Position numbers and translations under genes: made by a program. From Octopus vulgaris (taxonomy: Eukaryota), in the NCBI GenBank assembly GCA_951406725.2, contig OX597828.1, positions 15,128,001-15,192,000 on the forward strand: a stretch of 64,000 nt of DNA. Direction: 5' to 3'. Position 1 is the stretch's first letter, and the number at the start of each line of letters is the position of its first letter. Shown in pieces: positions 51,494 through 62,888 of the stretch. The notes below the pieces were generated by a model. That model searched no databases, was not told the origin of the DNA, and was given only the letters and a program-made list of their open reading frames with translations.

Positions 51494-52166
51494 ATCTGAT
51501 TCTAGGTTGTCCATTTATCGAATGTTCTTCTTAGAGGTAAGACAAAGTTTTTTCATGTTTGTTGCACACACGCGTCTTTGCCAGTATATACGCAGTGAAG
51601 CTATACAATAGCGTCGTATTTATTACGATTGTTATTTTCCAGTAAATATTGGTGCCTTGTACCATTTGTCTACTTTTATATGTATATAAACACATATATG
51701 TACATACACACACACACACACACAGACATATTATATAATGCAAGATATGAATTTCCTTTTATAACAGACAAATAATGTGTAATTATATCGTGAAACTGGA
51801 AATTAAAACAATCAAGAAAGCAAAGTGTTTATTTTGCCTTTTTATCGACGATAATTAATAACTCATTTTCTAACTTTAATACTTCATTGATATTAATTAA
51901 TGCAAGGAATGAAAAAGAAACACATTTTTCTTGTAGATAATATTATTTTAATGAAAAAAAAAACCCAAGAAAACAAAGCATTTGTATAATTTTCTTTTGT
52001 ATCAACAATAATTAATAATCTATTTTCTAACTTCAATAATGCATCACTTATATCAATGCAAAGAATGAAAAACATTTTTCTCTTCATTTTTTTTTTTGCT
52101 GATAATGATATATTATTTTAAAGGAGAAAGAAAATTTATTGATCATAAATAAAAGGAAATACTTAC

Positions 52167-52207
52167 TTTTCCTAACGTTCTATGGAAAAGTAAAGCATGA
52201 AAAATGC
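52167..52207 (-). CDS. ATG101: ATG101 coding exon 3 ((S)IFHALLFHRTLGK), 41 nt
   Basis: ttgcag acceptor and gtaagt donor; phase 1 to 0; matches human VLHTVLLHRSTGK. Confidence 0.95.
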
Positions 52208-53454
52208 CTGCAAGAAAATATAACACATTATCAAAACATGCTAAATATCAATATAAACATAATTCAATGTTCTTTATTATAATTGTTTGTGAACAAATTT
52301 CTTAAATTACAGAGAGGTACTTGCATAGCAAGTGACCTGATCTGAGATCATGTGGCTTATAAAACACCTTCCATGCTGAAATTTCTTTAAAATATATAGC
52401 AATAGCTAAGTTAGTGCTAACATAGTCAATACATAAGCAATTATAAAGTGAACTAAAATAATTATAGTAGTCAATCATCATCACCACCATTTAACGTCCG
52501 TTTTCCTTGCTGGTATGGGTTAGATGGTTTGACAGAGCCCGATGAGTCACAGAATTTGTCAGGCACCGATGCCAGCTTTGGTGTTGTTAATACCAAAGAA
52601 TTAAATATAGGTGAAGGCATGGCTATGTGGTAAGAAGCTTGCTTCCTAAACACGTGGTTCTGGGTTCAGTCCCACTGCATGACACCTTGGGAAGGTGTTT
52701 TCTACTATAGCCTCAGGTGACCAAAGCCTTCTGAGTGAATTTGGGAGATGGAAACTGAAAGAAACCTGCCATATGTGTGTTGTGTGTGTTTTTGTCCCAC
52801 ATCACTGCTTGATGACTGGCATTGGTGAGTTTACATCTCCATGACTTAGCAGGTAGGCAAAAGAGTCCAATAGAAAAAAGTACCAGGATTAAAACAAAAT
52901 AAGTATTGGGTTGATCCATTCGACAAAAAGTGGCTACAGTCTCATAACTGAAACAAGTAAAAGATAAATATTTTCCTTGTAAAAAAGAAAGATTAGTTAA
53001 AGACTAATAGTAATTTCAATTTTTAGGTAAGTACAGGGGACAACATCAGATATGCTTCACCTTACAAAAGCACAGCTTTGAGTAGAATATATGCAAATCA
53101 GTTCTACATCATCATCATCATCATTTAACGTCCGCTTTTCATGCTAGCATGGGTTGGACGGTTCAAACTGGGGTCTGGGAAGCCAGAAGGCTGCGCCAGT
53201 TCCAGTCTGATCTGGCAGTGTTTCTACAGCTGGATGCCCTTCCTAATGCCAACCACTCCGTGAGTGTAGTAGGTGCTTTTTACATGTCACCGGCACAGGT
53301 GCCAGACAACGTTGGCAAACGGCCATGATCGGATGGTACTTTTTATGTTTTATTTTTTTTATATCATGTATTTTGTGAGCAGTAACATCATTCAGCATAG
53401 ATTTCCATTGAGCATTTCTGGTAGCAAGAAAGACAAAGACATCTCTGTGCAACT

Positions 53455-53778
53455 TCTGAGACCCCCTTTGGTCATAACTGACCGTGGGATTGCACCTAGA
53501 AAGTTAGCCTCCCAGGCACAAGTCCGGGCAAGGTTGTTTATGGAAGACCACAGCAGTCGCCCATGCATACTGGCCTCCCCTCTCCATGCCACCAGCGTTA
53601 TCCAAGAGAAAAGTAACAGCGAATACAGCTTGGTACTCATTTCTACAGCTGAGTGAACTGGAGCAACATGAAATAAAGTATCTTGCTCAAGAACACAACA
53701 CGCAGCCCGGTCTGGGATTCGAACTCACAACCTCACGATTGTAAGCTCGAAGCTCTAACCACTGAGCCATACGCCTGT
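53455..53778 (-). mobile_element. tRNA-CORE SINE (family D) with a structured RTE-like 3' part; related heads at ~34920-35178, ~33410-33680 and ~11200-11390
   Basis: Minus-strand head aggcgtatggctcagtggttagagc...gttcgaatcc, then CORE-like gtgttcttgagcaagatacttta. Confidence 0.75.
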
Positions 53779-54324
53779 GCAACTAATGGAAAACAAATAA
53801 CTCATTTCAGTGCCATGTCAAAATCACCTGTGCCAGTGCCACGTAATAAGCACTCGTTGTCAGTGCCACATAGAAAACACTCATGCTGGTGCCATAAAAA
53901 AAGCATCCAGTATACTCTGTAATGTGGTTGGTGTTAGGAACAGCATCCAGCTGTAGAAATCATGCCAAAACAGAGACAATTGGATATCGGTGCAGCAGTT
54001 CTCTGACTGGCCAGCTCCTGTCAAACCATCCAACCCATGCCAGCACAGAAAACGGATGTTAAACAATAATGATGAAGATATTTCTGTTTGAAAGCACAGG
54101 TTTATCGGCTTACTTGCCAATATGTACATCTTCAGACAATATATGTTGATGACTGAAATACACAATCATAGGCATAGCTGTGTGGTTAAGAAGTCCACAT
54201 TGTAACCATGTGGTTTTGAGTTCAGTCACAGAATGTGGCACTTGTTCAAAGTAACATGCAGTGGGACTATAGCCCTGAGCTGACCAATGCTTTGTGAGTG
54301 AATTTGGTAAAGAGAAACTGTGCA

Positions 54325-54560
54325 ATAAGGCGGCAAGCTGGCAAAATCGTTAGCGTGCTGGGTGAAATGCTTAGTGGTATTTCATCTGCCGTTACGTTCT
54401 GAGTTCAAATTCCGCCGAGGTCGACTTTGCCTTTCATCCTTTCGGGGTCGATAAATGAAGTACCAGTTACACACTGGGGGTTAATGTAATCAACTTAATC
54501 CCTTTGTCTGTCCTAGTTTGTCCCCTCTATATTTAGCGCATGGTGGGCAATAAAGAAATA
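54325..54560 (+). mobile_element. Family B SINE with Tx1-like tail, nested in a family A copy
   Basis: 12-bp TSD agaaactgtgca at 54313-54324 and 54561-54572. Confidence 0.9.
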
Positions 54561-55650
54561 AGAAACTGTGCAGGATCCATTATATGTGTGTGTGTGTGTG
54601 TGTGTCTTTGCCTCTCATTGCTTGACAACCAGTGTGGGTTTGTTTATGTACCTATTCAGCAAACAAGAAAATTGCAGCAAAGCTGCATGAAAGTGGTGTC
54701 AGATGTGGCATGCAGACCATCATATAACTTGTTTGATGTTGCGTTTTTATTCTTCACTTCCATCTTATGAATTCAGTGTGCACATATATATTGCATGTTT
54801 ATACTTCTTTTTCCAGTTCCTACTCGAAACTGTTAACAGATCACAACCATCTCACAAACCTGCGTTTGTGTGGAGTGCTTCTTGCTCCAATGACTGCAAA
54901 AAAAAAGAGACCAACAGAAGAAGTACCAGACAAATACATCTTCAAAATGGTGCCCCAGCATGGCCACAGTCCAATGACAGAAACAAATGAAAGTATATAT
55001 ACATATATATACATATGCACACATACACACATATATATAAATATATATGTGTGTGTGTGTGTGAGTTTAGAGGGATATACTCTCTGGGCGGATACTGTGG
55101 TGGCTCTCAGTTATGTTCCAGGTTATGGTTAACTGGACTGATTAGTATTTAACATCTATGACTACTAGGAACTGTCACTCATGCAATAAATTCCTCCAAT
55201 GGGTAATTCCATGTTCACTTCACTGGATGGTAGTATTATCTCTGGAGTGTGTATTTGCAATAATTATAACAACAGAGAATATTGAGACTGGTACATCCTC
55301 AAAATTTACTTCTGTATAGTGACAACATGTGCAGGTCAATATAACTATAAAAATATGCTGTATAACACTGTAAAATAAATTTTGAAGGATGATGATGATG
55401 ATGTACCAGTCTCCATATTCTCTATTATCATAATTATTGCAAATATATACATCATCATCATTTAATGTCCATTGTCCATGCTGGCATAAGTTGGATGGTA
55501 TGACCAGGATTGGTAAGCTGAGGGGTTGCACCAGACTCCAGTCTGATTATGCATGACACCTACAGCTGAATGCCCTTCCTAATGCCAACCACTTCGAGAG
55601 AGTGTAATGGATGCTTCTATGTGCCAGTTGTGTGACACCATATATTTATG

Positions 55651-55704
<54 letters not shown>

Positions 55705-55851
55705 CAAAATCAATAATAATAAAGGGTAAAATTAATTAATCAATTAATAATTAAATAATTAATAATTTTACCAAGTAGTTTGGTATGTTAAAAGAACCAT
55801 TATGGTACTCAGTGAAACCATAATTATAATTATGCTTATAATTATAGAGTT

Positions 55852-55882
<31 letters not shown>

Positions 55883-56064
55883 TCAATATGTGCATCCATT
55901 GATCCAAATACTTTTTTTTTCCTTTCCTCATTCCTTTCTATAGAAGAACATAGGCTTGAAGCATCAAGGACTCCTCTGTTTGTTCTGAGAGTGAAACTAA
56001 TAATACATCTTACTAGTTGTCTCTTACCTGTCTCTGTCTTTTGTTTTTTAGTACCATTTCAAAC

Positions 56065-56140
<76 letters not shown>

Positions 56141-56272
56141 CTGCCATTTAAAAAAAGAGAGGAAGGCACATTGGAATGTCTTTGTTTATAGAACTGTTTG
56201 ATGAGGAGTGAACAGGGGTTAAGAAACACAATATAAAACCACTAATGTGCTCTGAATGATGAATGTACTTAC

Positions 56273-56309
56273 TGGCAACAGCTTCTTCTATCTGACGACC
56301 CTCAACTTT
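56273..56309 (-). CDS. ATG101: ATG101 coding exon 2 (KVEGRQIEEAVA + 1 nt), 37 nt
   Basis: tttcag acceptor and gtaagt donor; phase 0 to 1; matches human SVEGRQVEEAM. Confidence 0.95.
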
Positions 56310-57002
56310 CTGAAATATTAAAAAAAAGGAGAAAATTTTGAAAAATACATTTATAATGAAATGAAACTCGAGATAGTAATAATAATAATGGTTTCAAATT
56401 TTAGCACAAGACCAGCAATTTTGGGGGAGGGAGTATGTCAGTTACATTGGCCCCAGTACTCAACTGGTACTTATTTTCTCAATCCCTGAAAGGATGACTG
56501 GTAAAGTTGACCCCAGCAGAAGGTAAACTTAGAATATAAGATGGACAAAATGCCGCTAAGTATTTTGCCCAGTGTGTTAACAATTCTGCCAGCTCACCAC
56601 CTTAGTAACAGTAATAGTAACAGCTTCAACTTTTGGCACAAAGCCAGTAATTTTTTTTTAGGGGTTGGGGTTTAGCCAAACACATTGACCCCAGTACTGA
56701 ATAGGTACTTCAAAGGATGAAAAGCAAAGTTGACTTCAGTAAAATTTGAACTCAGAATGTAAAGAGCCAGAAGAAATGCCACTGAACATCTTGCTGATGA
56801 TTCTGCCAGCTGGCCATTTTCAGAATGTGGGTCAACCCACTTGCCATAATCCTCAAGCTGGAAGTCTTCCAAAATGGGTCATTCAGTTGATTTTCACTGC
56901 TGTCCAGAATTTCTCCAAGAATGTACTCTTGCCTAGCAACAATTCTCCATAGAATGAATAGGTTGAAATATCAATGGCCACATTGTCCAACTGATAGGAA
57001 AC

Positions 57003-57463
57003 TGTTGTGGCGGCACAAGCAGCCAGCGCCATATTGGATGAGATCTTGCGGCAACCATTGCCACCTTCGAGACTGAAGCGAGACCTCACCAGCATCCATT
57101 TGCCATGTGCGAGATCACAACGAGGTTCGCGATGGAAAACTATATAAAGGGAAAACCTGATTTAGACCTCTCTCTTTTTGGCACCACTTTGTGAACACCA
57201 CCACTGGCTGGTCCTGTTTGTAGGTTAATGGAGCTACTACACAACACACAGAGCTTAAGATGGTTGATGAGAGCAGCACACTTCACCTATCCTGTAAAAC
57301 TTGTATATAAACCAGTTGTAAATAGCATTTGTACTTGAAGTCTTCTCTCTTCGCCTGTCGGAAGCCTGAACTACACGAACAACGAAAAGATGATGGAAGA
57401 AGACGATATTCTTCTGATATCGTAAACCTTGCCTTCCATTATACTGTGGAATGCCTAGCAACA
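57003..57463 (+). mobile_element. Probable solo LTR in ATG101 intron 1
   Basis: TGTTG...CAACA termini, GC/CpG-richer than the flanks, TATATAAAGG box at 57141; no clean TSD. Confidence 0.5.
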
Positions 57464-59050
57464 TTTCAGAAGCTCAGGGCTTAATCTAGATTTTCACACT
57501 AACTAATAACACTAAGCAGTTTGGTCTATTCTCTAAAAACTATACCAATATGGAAAAAGTTGTTTAGGTATGGGATAAAAAGAATTGATTTCCATCAAGC
57601 ATGCTAGTGAATCAGGTGGCATATACAAGAGCATGTTCTACAACTACACTAGGTAAAAGTGTGACTGGTTTACAAAGCTTCTGCAATTAAAATAAACTTG
57701 TTCTCTTCTCCCTACATCAGTTGTGCATGAATTCTTGAAGAGGATGATGGTCTGATGGCCTGTGAGATGACATGTGTCTTGGTCTGAGACTATTGTTGAC
57801 TATTAATAAACAATCAATGTGACACAATAATTTTCAGTATAATTTTGAATCTCTTTCGAATACCCCACTGCACCTGTGTCTATAGACAGTTCATCACACA
57901 AAAGTCTAAAGTTAGTATCACGAAAATATATTTCTAGTTGCTTGAACCAGTGAGGAAGCCTCTACGTGGTTACTCGACTTGTTAGAAACAGCAGCCAACT
58001 CACCTTCATATCACACATTACCGTTTTATAATGCAATCCTGAATTCATTGAACCAACGACAAAAGTGACATGTCATCGTTGGAATGCCATTGATCATGGG
58101 TCTACTTGATCAAATCTGAGTTGGGGGCTAAACAACAACAAAACTCTAGGAATTAGTGTGTGTAGAGCGGCGAGCTGGCAGAACCGTTACAGGAATTAGT
58201 GTGTGTAGCCTGGCAGCATTACAAATTAACTAATGTGGCATCAATGCTTATAATATTCCCATTTTTTTTTTGTAATAGCATTCCGTGTTAACGATGAAGT
58301 TTAGTTTAGTATGTACTAAATAGTACTCTGAAAAGTGTTAGTGGTAACTCAATATACAGTGATGCCTAAAATTATACAAGAAACTTGTCAACACGGGAGC
58401 CTTGTGTTTTTGTAGAGATTATGAGATAAATAAAAATGGAATGATATTTTAAATTATAAATCGATCGTTTTTATCACTGACAGTTTTAAACACTATCAGT
58501 CCCCGCAACCTAGTGTCATTCAGTTCAATAAGCACAATCCGATTTCTCTAATCAATACACATGCGATTTTCCGAACAATACGAAATCACTGTGGTCGCTC
58601 GATCTGCCAGAAATCTTTGCGAAATCTCTTATAGGTCACATTTAAAGAAAAGATAGTTTACATTAAATAATATAGTCTTCGATACACTGTGTCGAAATAA
58701 TAATAATAATGAAAAAAGCAGGGTAGTAACGCTAAGGAACATTTGAACACCTTTCTTCCAGAATAGGTGTTTAGTCGCAGTTGTTTTACCTACACACAGC
58801 AATGGTTTTAAATAATTCATTGTTCTATGTCCAGGTCCCATATACTCGAAGAAGATAATAAAAGAAACCGATCTCGTCACTATTCGCAGTGGTTGGTAAT
58901 AGAACTAATATTGGAATGACTCAGACTGGAAACAAAAACTAGTCATCAGAATTGGAAGACATAATATATAGAAACGTTTAGAGATGACTTAAATAAATGT
59001 GATAAAAAAGAAAAACTACGATGTTTATGGATAGGGCATTATCGACTTAC

Positions 59051-59083
59051 CAATTCTAGTACCTGTGCCCGTGCATTCATCAT
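59051..59083 (-). CDS. ATG101: ATG101 coding exon 1 (MMNARAQVLEL)
   Basis: Minus strand reads ATG ATG AAT GCA CGG GCA CAG GTA CTA GAA TTG | gtaagt. Matches the ATG101 N-terminus (human MNCRSEVLEV). The start could be either ATG (59083 or 59080). Confidence 0.92.
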
Positions 59084-59200
59084 GGACAGCAGATAATACG
59101 TGAGAGAATGTTGGTTAATTAGTCACTCACGACGTAGCCATTATGAGATGACAACAGTAAACAGTAGGTACGAAGAAAATGTTATTTTCAGTTTAATAAT
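59084..59200 (-). promoter_or_regulatory. Probable ATG101 5'UTR / proximal promoter
   Basis: Repeat-free, locally CpG-retaining sequence directly upstream of the start codon; TSS not determinable. Confidence 0.35.
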
Positions 59201-60200
59201 AATTTTTTTTTGTAACTTTATATATGAAACATATTTTGGAAAAAATTACGATATTATTTTAAATATAAAATTATTGTATGAATTTTGAATTTTGTAATCA
59301 TTTCATTTCTCGTAAATAATTGAACATATGAGAATGTTAAAATGTATACAGACAGTTCGCTTATGCAAATTGTTATAAAGTCCGTAAAATAATTATAATA
59401 ATAGAGAAGTAAAATCGTTAAAACAAAATCGTAAAAGTAACATATTTTGCTTAAAAATAAACGAGAATAATCATTTACAATTGTTTTTAAGGGTCATTTC
59501 CTGAATAGTATTGAATAAAACTGCTTCTTTTACGAAACTAAGAAATACATTATATTAGTAAGTATGAGATTTCGTTATATAATATAAAATAGACCATCGT
59601 TTAAATATCTAATACTAAAGGTTCAATGAATTCTAAAAAGCTTTGAAGTAAATCAATAAAAATAGAAAGTTAGGATACATTGAATGCAGTAGATCATTTG
59701 TTTTTGTCTTAGTTATTATCTGCTAGTCTATCAGGCGTTTACATTTATCGTCTGCTACTGGAGGACGACTATTTCTTTCATACGTCACCTTTTACTTGTT
59801 TCAGTCATTGCGGCCATGCTGAGGAACCACTCTGAAGGGCTAAGGCGGAAAAATCGACCCCAGTATTAATTTTTATTTTGGTCAAGTCAGTTTTGTTTTG
59901 GGTGCACAAGTTCTTCAGCCAAGCTGTGGTCAAGTTACGAGTCATAATTTGCTTGAAGATCAGTGCATCCACTGGCGAAATTCAGAGTAGTAAGAGACTG
60001 ACTTGACCAAAATATGATGTAATATGATATAATATGATATAGGCGCAGGAGTGGCTGTGTGGTAAGTAGCTTGCTTACCAACCACATGGTTCTTCGTTTA
60101 GTCACACTGCGTGGCACCTTGGGCAAGTGCCTTCTACTATAGCCTTGGGCCAACCAAAGCCTTGTGAGTGGATTTGGTAGACGGAAACTGAAAGAAGTCC

Positions 60201-60290
<90 letters not shown>

Positions 60291-61072
60291 GTGTGTATGT
60301 TTGTGCGTCTGTGTTTGTCCCCCCCAACATTGCTTGACAACCGATGCTGGTGTGTTTACGCCCACGTGACTTAGTGGTTCGGCAAAACGAGAATGATAGA
60401 ATAAGTACTAGGCTTACAAAGAATAAGTCCTGGGTCAATTTGCTCGACTAAAAGCGGTGCTCCAGCATGGCCGCAGTCAACTGACTGAAACAATTAAAAG
60501 AGTAAAAGAGTATGATACAATGTGTGTGTGTGTTTGTCTGTGTGTGTGTGTGTGTGTGTATTTAGAAGGTTGTTTGTTATGGCCAGTCAAAGAGTCACCA
60601 TTGGTTTAATACCTATACAGCTATGAACTTTACAGATGCAAAACCAGTGGTCACTCTGAACAGTCATAATAAAGAACATTCTAAATATTCTTACTCTAAT
60701 GCTTTAGAGTGTGCTTCTTTTTCAGATATATGTACTAATGACCAATATGATAAATATATATGTATATAATTAATGTAGGATAAAATTGTTTTTCGGGAAA
60801 AAAAATTTCATCAATGGCCAGCATAGCAAAATTATAATGCCAAATATGCCGAAAAAAAGACAGAAATTGTCAATTAACCATTATAATTTATGTGTCTCGA
60901 AACAAACCAATAGAAATTTCTAAAAAATTCATTATTACCGCATTGGACCAATTTTGGAGTTAATTCATAAGAATTTTCTCCTCTTCAGCAGCAAATACAC
61001 GAGATATAAGTGAAATACTCACTCTTACCCACGGAAAAAGCAAACACCAAGTCCCGAGCAGACATATATATA

Positions 61073-61380
61073 TGTGGAGGCGCAATGGCCCAGTGGTTAG
61101 GGCAGCGGACTCGTGGTCGTAGGATCGCGGTTTCGATTCCCAGACAGGGCGTTGTGTGTGTTTATTGAGCGAAAACACCTAAAGCTCCACGAGGCTCTGG
61201 CAAGGGGTGGTGATCCTTGCTGTACCCTTTCACCACTCTTTCTTTCATTCTTTCTTCTGTTGGCCTGCTCGCTTAGCCAGTGGGGTGGTGTCATTCGAAG
61301 GCTAAAACAATGCGAACGCATTGTGACCAGCGATGTGTAACAACATCTGATGGTCTGGTCGGTCACGTGATCACGTGATA
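61073..61380 (+). mobile_element. Family C SINE with an alternative 3' tail ending in (TCACGTGA)2
   Basis: Head and body match the 922 / 48762 copies up to ~61260, then the sequence is unrelated. Confidence 0.85.
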
Positions 61381-62629
61381 TATATATATATATATATATT
61401 TCCTTCAGGGTGAATTGGTAGCCATGGAGCTAGTCACAGTAGTTAAGTGGTGTGAACCAAATCCTGTCTCGTTCCAGCATAGTGTAGCATCACCACGTTG
61501 TGGCAGCTTGGGATAGCTGTGAGAACGCATCCATTCTGTTTGACTGTCAGCTTTGAGAGAGAGCAATACGTGGGAAGTTTTGCTGCTGCTAGTTCTCTGC
61601 GCATGCGCATGAGGGAATGTCTAGCAGGCCTCCCGGAAAAATCCAACTCTGCACATGCGCGCTGAAGACTTCCAAAATGGTCACTACACCTTTCACTGCA
61701 AAAATAGGCCTAGAAAAAAATTCTCCACACAGAGTAGTGTAAATGTGATAATTAACTCAATACCAGATTGGTGTTACTGAAAAATCTTGATTTAGATAAC
61801 TAACTTATTGTGTTTATAACAGTATAATAAACATTAACATAACTCTTCCTTGTTTTATTTTCTCCTATCTCTGATCATTACTTCTCTCATACTAAAACTT
61901 GTTACCTTTTCTTCCTTCTTGGCTGTTTTGCTGTCATTCTGTCTAGGTACAAGAAATATAAATAACAATCAAAGCCAATACAAGGTTATTTACCTTTTAA
62001 AGTGTAACAATCATACATATTCTGTTGTGTCTGGGGAGAGGCATTTTCTTTTTGTGCCTTACAATGTAACACACTCACCGGTAAAATTTCCACTTTTTTT
62101 CTTATTTTTATTTTCCTTTATATAAAGAATCTTGCAAACCAAATCCAAAAACAAAATCATACATATGTTATGACCAGCAGAATGTTATTTCTAGATGCTA
62201 AAAGTGTCAGAATTGGTGGAGTAGGTTTAGAACCAAATGCTTATTTAATTGGTCATTGAGCACTAGTAGCTTACATAACTAATCAGATTTAGGAAGAATA
62301 TGTTATCATGGATGATAAACATGAATAAGGCAGCAAACTGGCAAATCATTCGATCATCAGATAAAAATACTTCATGTTTTTTCTGCTTTTTTGCTTTCTG
62401 AGTTCGAATCAAGTAACTGTCCAATCCTGAGGTCATTTCTCTTCCTTATCCTCCTTTCTCTTTTTTACTTCTAGAAGAATTCGGTTGTAGTCAGATCTGG
62501 AGAAGAATGGGCCAAAGCAAGACAAGGAAAACATGGGAATGAAAATTCAAGTTGTTTAGTCAATGAACAACTTGGTAGTTTTTGATATTTTCTTAACATC
62601 TGACCATGAATATGAACAGACGCTTTGTA

Positions 62630-62826
62630 AGCATGCGTGTATGTATGAATGTATGTATGCATGTATGTATGAATGTATGCATGCGTGTATGTATGAATGT
62701 ATCTATCTGCCCATCTGTCTGTCTATTTAACTATCTCTACAGACAGACAGACAGACAGTAGGCAAGCAGGCAGACAGATAGATGGACACACAGATAGATA
62801 GATAGATAGATAGATAGGTAGATAGG

Positions 62827-62888
<62 letters not shown>
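62630..62888. repeat. Compound microsatellite (TATG)n / (CAGA)n / (TAGA)n
   Basis: Directly visible. Many (TA)n and (CA)n tracts occur elsewhere, e.g. 60204-60290 and 55650-55703. Confidence 0.95.

Noticed and set aside
19560-52120. Short local duplications (19580/19695, 22030-22140, 22835-23075, 27353/27478, 39808-39875, 51865/52020)
   Set aside because: Two to four degenerate copies in non-coding DNA, consistent with ordinary slippage; no functional signal.
922-61150. tRNA genes at SINE heads (e.g. 922, 30431, 61073)
   Set aside because: A/B boxes are present but run straight into repeated SINE bodies; no complete cloverleaf with a terminator was seen.
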